Assembly (NCBI GenBank): GCA_021613535.1
Contig: CP075492.1
Coordinates: 8,928,001-8,992,000 of the forward strand
DNA from: Adineta vaga
Taxonomy: Eukaryota > Animalia > Rotifera
Direction: 5' to 3'
DNA: 64,000 nucleotides
Part shown: piece by piece, positions 57,249-64,000 of the stretch
How the letters are laid out: each line of letters starts with the position of its first letter
How positions within the stretch are numbered: the stretch's first letter is position 1
Made by a program: the position numbers and the translations under genes
The notes under the pieces: generated by a model
Database searches by the model: none
Seen by the model: only the letters and a program-made list of their open reading frames with translations
Told to the model about the DNA's origin: nothing

Positions 57249-57769
57249 CCGTGAATACAATTCTGAAAACATAGAACGACAGAGAAACCAAAAAATGGGT
57301 TTGTTAACCATGAAGATAGTATTTTTTTGCCTTTTCCTCGTTGATGACTATTCTATATTAACTATCACAGTTGTTCAATGATAGAACGCAACTATGTGCG
57401 CAATTCTCTCGTTTATTGTCTGCCTGAAAACCGATCACATGTTAAATCAACTCTATTATCAGGAAATTGTTCTAAAATGCAAAGTAAAGGAAATGTGTTT
57501 TTCTTTCCCCTCTCTCTCTCTCTCTCTCTTGAATGTGTGACTCGTGTTCTTTCTTGTTGTGTTTATTAACGTGTGAAAGATCAATCATCATTGATCAGTT
57601 TTACAAACTATCACTGAATTATGTGAAGTTATTCTTTTAACAGTTTATTAATAATATCAATATTAGCAACAGCTGTCTGTTGTAAGATCTAGTATAAAGA
57701 AAACAAAAGACAAACAGCTTTCTATACAATGGAGAAAAAAAAAGAAATAGCGGAAGAAAAAAACTATTA

Positions 57770-58066
57770 TTAGTATGTTTGTCTTGAAGGAAGATCTCTT
57801 GTTGATGTACCGTTTGATCGACTTGTCGGCCTCTTTTCCCATGGATCATAATGAACAACAATTAAAGCTTGTTGTCGTTGTTCATAAACATTTTTAATAC
57901 ATTGTCGTAGTCTTGAACTTGGGACAGCTGCATCAGGTCCAGTTAGAAATGGTTGTTCAATTAAATATTCGTCATATGGTGTTGATTGTTCACGACGCCA
58001 ACTTTGTAAAATATATATTGGAGGGTGTTGCTGTGGATATACTGAACCGACAATAGCCGATGCCAT
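57770..58066 (-). CDS. Small (98 aa) intronless protein of unknown function
   Basis: MASAIVGSVYPQQHPPIYILQSWRREQSTPYDEYLIEQPFLTGPD... Balanced composition and higher GC than its flanks; no family recognised. Confidence 0.55.
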   Translation of the reverse strand: MASAIVGSVYPQQHPPIYILQSWRREQSTPYDEYLIEQPFLTGPDAAVPSSRLRQCIKNVYEQRQQALIVVHYDPWEKRPTSRSNGTSTRDLPSRQTY

Positions 58067-59584
58067 AGACAAATGTTGAAAGTGAAAAATGTTGTATGTG
58101 TGTATTTCGTGATGAATGAATTGTTTAATTTTCGAGTGCGAGAAACAGAAAGAAAATCTGTGTTTTGTTGATGGCAATGATGAAGAACTGAAAATTGGTA
58201 ACTATTGACGTATGAGAGTTACTTTTTTTAAAATCATTAAGAAGCTCTTCAAAAGAGACACTCAAAAATACAAATTGATACTGTTCATTTACATTTGTTT
58301 ATTTTAAAAGTGATGATCCTTGTTAATCTGATTGTCTGTATTATTCCCTCGATTGGACAATATTTATTCTACGTCATGAATTAGATTTCTACTAATTAAT
58401 TAAATAACACTTGTTCCTCGATTCCTTGAATATACAAGCTAAGGTCAATACTATCATACTACCAATAACAGACATATAGTTATCCAATTCTTTTCCAGTG
58501 CTTAGAATAAACATAAACAGTTGTCATGATAATCTGTCCCGTAATAATTCACGATTCTATAAGCGGCAAGTTTCTCGCCATTTAGAATAAAAGAATATAG
58601 TGTCATAAAATATTCTCTTGATCTTTTTTTTTCAGAAGAAAAGAAAATATATAAATGAATCATGACTATACTTATCGTGTAATTAGAAAGTAAGAATGTC
58701 ATTTCTAGGTATGCTTAGAATTAGATGAAGTTAATAATAATGTAAATGTCGTATGAAAAGAAGAAAAAAGTATTCTTCACAATAATTATTCTATGATCAC
58801 CAGGAAGAATGATGAAAAATAGTCACTTTAATTTCATGTTTGAAATCCTACACTCCCCATAGGTTATCGAGATATCAAACTGAGATATCCTAGAATACGA
58901 GGCAAGATAGAGAGTGAAAAAGATCTACTAGTTATATCGACAGAAAATTATGAAATGAATGTAGAAAAATATTTGATCTTCCGCTTAGTTGAACAAAATA
59001 TCTTATTTCATTGCATCAAAACTATATCTCTCCGAGGAAATGTCATTTCCTTTTGAATCTACTTCATACAATTCATTCATCTTACTCCCATCGGCATTTC
59101 GGAGAAATCCGATGACAATATCTATTTGCTGCTAATAGTATTGTTTCATTTATTACATTTGTCTTCGTAATTAGGCATGAAGATTGTTCAAAATTCACAA
59201 AAATGAAATCTTTTCTTGACTTTCAGAGTCATTTTCTTTTTTTCACATGATATATTATCAATTAGTCAAATGATACATCAGTTATTTCATTCATCTAAAA
59301 TTACGCGAGAGAAACTAAATACATCTCCTCGGAAGTTAATAGAAAGCTAGATGTCGTCTATGGAAAACAATGATTCCATCTAGTTTTTTAGTGGTGCTTG
59401 CTTTTACCAACAGAATAGTTCCATACAGAAATGATGTGTATGTATGTTACTAGAATCATCGAGAAAAACATATACAATGACTCATATATATAAACAAAAG
59501 TATTCTGGTTGATGATAATGTGAGTATAGACATATTAAATAATTTTGCTATATTGATAATCTTATTTGAAAGTTTGATCATACC

Positions 59585-60485
59585 ATGCATGATTTAAAAT
59601 CATTGCAATTAGATGATGAAGATTCATCGAAATATTTTATTAATTATATAAATGAAGATTCGAATGAAAATGAAAATGAAAATGCTAATCAAAATGAAAA
59701 TGAATCGAATCATTCACCGAATAATCCTGATGATATCGATGTTTCGTCATTACCTACTAGTCTTATTATTACACCTGTTCCACAAGAATTATTTACGAAT
59801 CAACAACTTAAAGTAAGAGATGATGAATGGCAAAGCTTTTCGTTATTTTATTTGATAAAAATAGGATGAATTTGAAGAATTATTTCGTGTTTATGATCCA
59901 CAAATCATTGTACTTTATTTGAAATTTTTTCGACGTGTACGAATTACATTTACATCATCAAGCAATGCTTTACAAGCTCGATTACATGTACATGAACGTC
60001 TATTTCATGGAACAACATTTAAAACTTATTTTGCTTGTGTAAATATATCTATTTCTTTTGTTAATAAACTTTCCTATCGTATTCTTTTAGCCAATTGTCT
60101 TTCGTGGAGCAAATCCTGAAACACATTTACGACCACCTGAACCCGAAAAACTCTTTCTTATTTCACCTCCAGCAAGTCCACCTGTAGGTTGGGAACAAAA
60201 ACTCGAAGATCCACCTATAGTTGATTTAAATCTAATCGCTGCTCTCGCACAATTACAACCCAGTATGTAACAATCGATAAATATCACAGAAATGTTCTTT
60301 TTTTTTCACCATATCTAGATCAATCTCATCAATTGTTATCGAGAGATCATTGTATTAATGCCCCAGCTATTATCATTCATACTTGTGATGATAATCAAGA
60401 AGTAAATATGATAGGTCGAGAAAAATTAATCAGACCAACACTAACTCAAACTCGACGACCACCGGGAACAGAAAAGGATTCTTGA
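59585..60485 (+). CDS. rcan: Regulator of calcineurin (calcipressin/RCAN/sarah)
   Basis: LPTSLII, RRM-like FRRVRITF, signature KLFLISPPASPPVGWEQ, PxIxIT-like PAIIIHT and terminal TQTRRPP. Three GT-AG introns. Confidence 0.94.
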
Positions 60486-62073
60486 ATTTTCTATCCAATT
60501 TCGTTTTTGTATAAAGTCAAGCATCTTATACTATTTTATCTCAAAAATAAATATTAAATGTTCTAGTAATGTAAGGTTTTCTTGCAAGAATATATTAGTT
60601 CGTAATGTATATTCAAATGGCGAATTTCTAATCGTATAGATTTCGTTGTGTTTGTTATTGTTATCAATAAGTTTATATTAGTAGGATATATAAGATACTT
60701 CGTATTTTCTTTATCCTATTTTTAAAAGATATTCTTTCTCTTCAAGAAATACAATGTCTAGCTGTCGATTTAATCTGTAACCATTTCAATGTCGTGTGGA
60801 ATTTTTCGAAATTAATTCATTTACCGCAAAAGACCAACTCGCTCTTTTGCCTCTTAGATACCATAGTTATTTCTAATAAAGCACGACGAATAAGATTAAC
60901 TGAATAACATCAGTCAAGCTTGGAAATTTTAAATAGAAAATCATATCTATATATAGATAATATAGTAATTTTATACTCGATATATCCATTCCAATTTTGA
61001 TCTACTATTACAGAAGTAATTGAGTCTAGATACATCTTTTATTTTATTTTCTCAATATAATACTCTATGCGAATATTTGAATTTTGATGATCAATGAGGT
61101 CATTTCTAATTGTCACTGACAAGTTTTATATAATCTGAAATCGAACTAAGAAAAAAACATTTGTTTTGGTTTGTTACTATCATTAATGGATGAAAAATGT
61201 CATGTCAGTAAGTCATCAACGATATACGAATAACTTCCATCTGTCAGTTGTCATTCATTGAATAAAATATTCAAACAAATTCAGAGCTACTGTTGAACTC
61301 TGAACTAAAGATCATTCGAAAAAAACAACAAACACTGTTAGAATCAGTTCTTCAATGTACTTACATATTCTTCTTGTCAATTGAAGACAAGTGAGAATAA
61401 GTCTTCTTCAATCTCAAATAACGTCATCATAATAATTTAATAAAGAAAACAAAACAATAAATCTCTTGAGATTAGCAAGATTTTCATAATTTCCAACTAG
61501 AATACTTTTTATATATGGTTTTTCTACATTCAATATTAATTGAAATAAGAATCGATTGATGTTTGTTCATAGAATTTAATAAATAACGATTAAGAAATAC
61601 GTATGCAGATGGGTTCTTTTTTTTAAATAATATGACACCGAACGATGAAGGAATGAATGACAAGAGGGGAATAGAAACATATATCGCACGGATTTAGATA
61701 AACTAACACCGAGAAGAGAAGAAAAAATATCAAATCGAATAAATGCAATTACAATATATACCCAGACTGAATCCTTTGCACATTGATTATTCTGTTCTTT
61801 CTTATGTTAATATCGAATGAGAAGGAGAAAAAAATAAAAGGAACAAACGTATCGGAATCATTTGTCAGTTGATATCAATGAGAATACTCTTACATACGCA
61901 CAGAAACAAAGACGAACAAACAAACAACAATTGAATAAATGTTCACGATGAGACATACAACAGAGAGAATAACGATAGAAGAGATTCCATCTTCAGAGAC
62001 AAAAGAAAAGAAAAGAATATAGATCAGAAAAGAAAAAATATGCGTATATATATATATATTTGTTAGTTATTGA

Positions 62074-62762
62074 TTAGTCGCAACCAGGTTGATTTTTTGT
62101 TGTCATAATTAAAGCAACAATTAAACCATAAAGACCAAGTACTTCAGCAAAAATTAAGATCAAAATCATTCCAACATATAATCTGAAGAACAAGAAAAAT
62201 CAACAATATATTCGATGCATAAATACTATATCATAATCAATTCACTTACCGTGGTTGTTGAGCTGTTCCACGTACACCAGCATCACCAACAATACCAACT
62301 GCAAATCCAGCAGCTAAACCACTCAATCCAACGGATAATCCCGCTCCCAATTGAAGAAAAGCTCTGCAAATATTGATGATTTTATATAACAAACTTCAAT
62401 TAAATCTAAGTCTTACTTATAAAGACCATAGTTTTCTGCGCTAATATTATTCGCAATGAGAACAGCCACGACCAAACCATAAATAGCAATAATACCAGCC
62501 ATAACTACAGGAATGACACTTTTCATTATAAATTCTGGTCTCATAACAGCCATAGCAGAGATACCACAACCAGATTTTGCAGTACCATAAGCAGCACCGA
62601 ATGCTAAAATAGAACAAGAAAATAAATGAATTTGTTTTTGCTTTTTGTTTTTACATAACAATCAGAAAATCATTTACCGCTAAAGACTACTGCTGCTGTG
62701 GCACCCATAGATCCGAAGAAAGCTGAGTAAGCAGGACATTTTTCAGTAACAGCAGATGACAT
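62074..62762 (-). CDS. atp6v0c: V-type H+-ATPase 16 kDa proteolipid subunit c
   Basis: [19 protein letters not shown]|[54 protein letters not shown] and [18 protein letters not shown] with the catalytic Glu. Confidence 0.97.
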
Positions 62763-64000
62763 TGCAATGAGGATTTGAAGATACTGAGAGACTTGAGTAA
62801 TAAATTGAGAAGACGATTATCTAGAATAATCAAAAAAAGACTATGTTCATATAGTATTCAAGAAATTGAATTTAATATTTTCGTTCGATTCATACAATGC
62901 ATATCGTTAGTTATATCATTTTTATCAATGATGATTTACTGCTGCATGAAAATGAAATGAAAATAGTGTTGATGTTGCGTTTTTCTTCATATGATATTAA
63001 TGATGAAAAATAAGTTTTATATTCTCACTTATCAATTACAAGCCTTCCGGTAGTTTTTATTAACATAAAGTAACTACTCCTAGTTTTATGTCGATATGAG
63101 AAGAAAATGTAAAGTCGTACGATGATAATATGATATAACGAATAATAATCAAAAAGCGTCATAGTTTCTCTGAACAAATAATAAATAACGATTCATCATC
63201 ATCATCACCATCAAAAACAGATCGTCGCGACACGCATTTTTTGTTTCTTTCATCCATTATCAATTTGTTGATTGACTCTCACCATTCACACGCTATTTTT
63301 TTGAAAACATAAATTTATCGAAAAAGAATTCAAAAGAAAAGAAAAGATCTAAATATTTTCAATTATAAAAATGACACGAATGATTTTTTTCTGATTAATC
63401 AAAAGAGAGGATTGAAGAATAAATTTGATTGGTCGACAAAGGGAAGCACAGAATGAAAAATGTTATCAATTGAATGAATGCTCGATTCAAACTATACTAT
63501 ATTACAAATGTATTGTTACACCTCGATGAACTAATATATATGAACGCTACTGAAACGAATTTATTGTTAAGAAAATTAATTGTCAAAATCTGAGAAAGAT
63601 TTACAAGTTGGATGTATAAATTCACTTTTGCAGCACATATTCGTACAGAATGAGAAGCAATCAAATACTAACATTCAATAGAATTGAATGGAATGTAATA
63701 GAATTTAGTAGTGATATTACAGTGTATAAACGTTCAGGTTATGAGTACTTTCTCGTACATCATGTTCACCCTTTCATAATTTTCTTACATCCTGTCGAAT
63801 ATTTGTTGTGATAGAATATTGACAACTAATCTCTTATTTTGTTCACGGAACTTCACATAGAGAAAGATATGATTTGATCATATTAGAAACTAACAGAGAA
63901 AAAAATCACTTTAATTGCTAGACTTTTTTTTACATACAAAAGAAAATCAATAAAATATTTAACCATCCTACTTTTACGACATGATGAAAGTATTGAGTTA

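Noticed and set aside
57063-57311. 82 aa Phe/Leu-rich ORF
   Set aside because: It is the translation of the reverse complement of the GAA-rich tract.

Overview
This is AT-rich, gene-dense animal DNA with many ~50-60 nt spliceosomal introns. Composition, intron size and gene content suggest a bdelloid rotifer, but that is inference. There are no prokaryotic operons, CRISPR arrays or recognisable intact transposons. Hand splicing supports about 19 protein-coding loci plus one tRNA-Ala(UGC). In order: a small hydrophilic protein, an intronless CRT-like transporter, RtcB, condensin CAP-H, an NR2E-type nuclear receptor, an HFRGG-motif membrane protein, synaptophysin, a TGF-beta-family receptor kinase, an NR1J/HR96-like receptor, two C-type lectin-EGF-TM proteins flanking a STRA6-like gene, PKA catalytic subunit, CCDC13, FUBP/KSRP, a possible prepropeptide, puromycin-sensitive aminopeptidase, an RGK GTPase, a small orphan ORF, RCAN and V-ATPase subunit c. 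Most notable: (1) a 54-nt AT-AC intron with a major-spliceosome-like donor (ATAAGT) is needed to restore the WLNEGFA motif of the aminopeptidase; (2) an intronless CRT/CLT-family transporter is a horizontal-transfer candidate; (3) a type-I-like TGF-beta receptor lacks the GS box; (4) three apparent frameshifts occur only in secreted or membrane non-housekeeping genes. I found no convincing new multi-gene system. All family calls come from motif recognition, not database searches.
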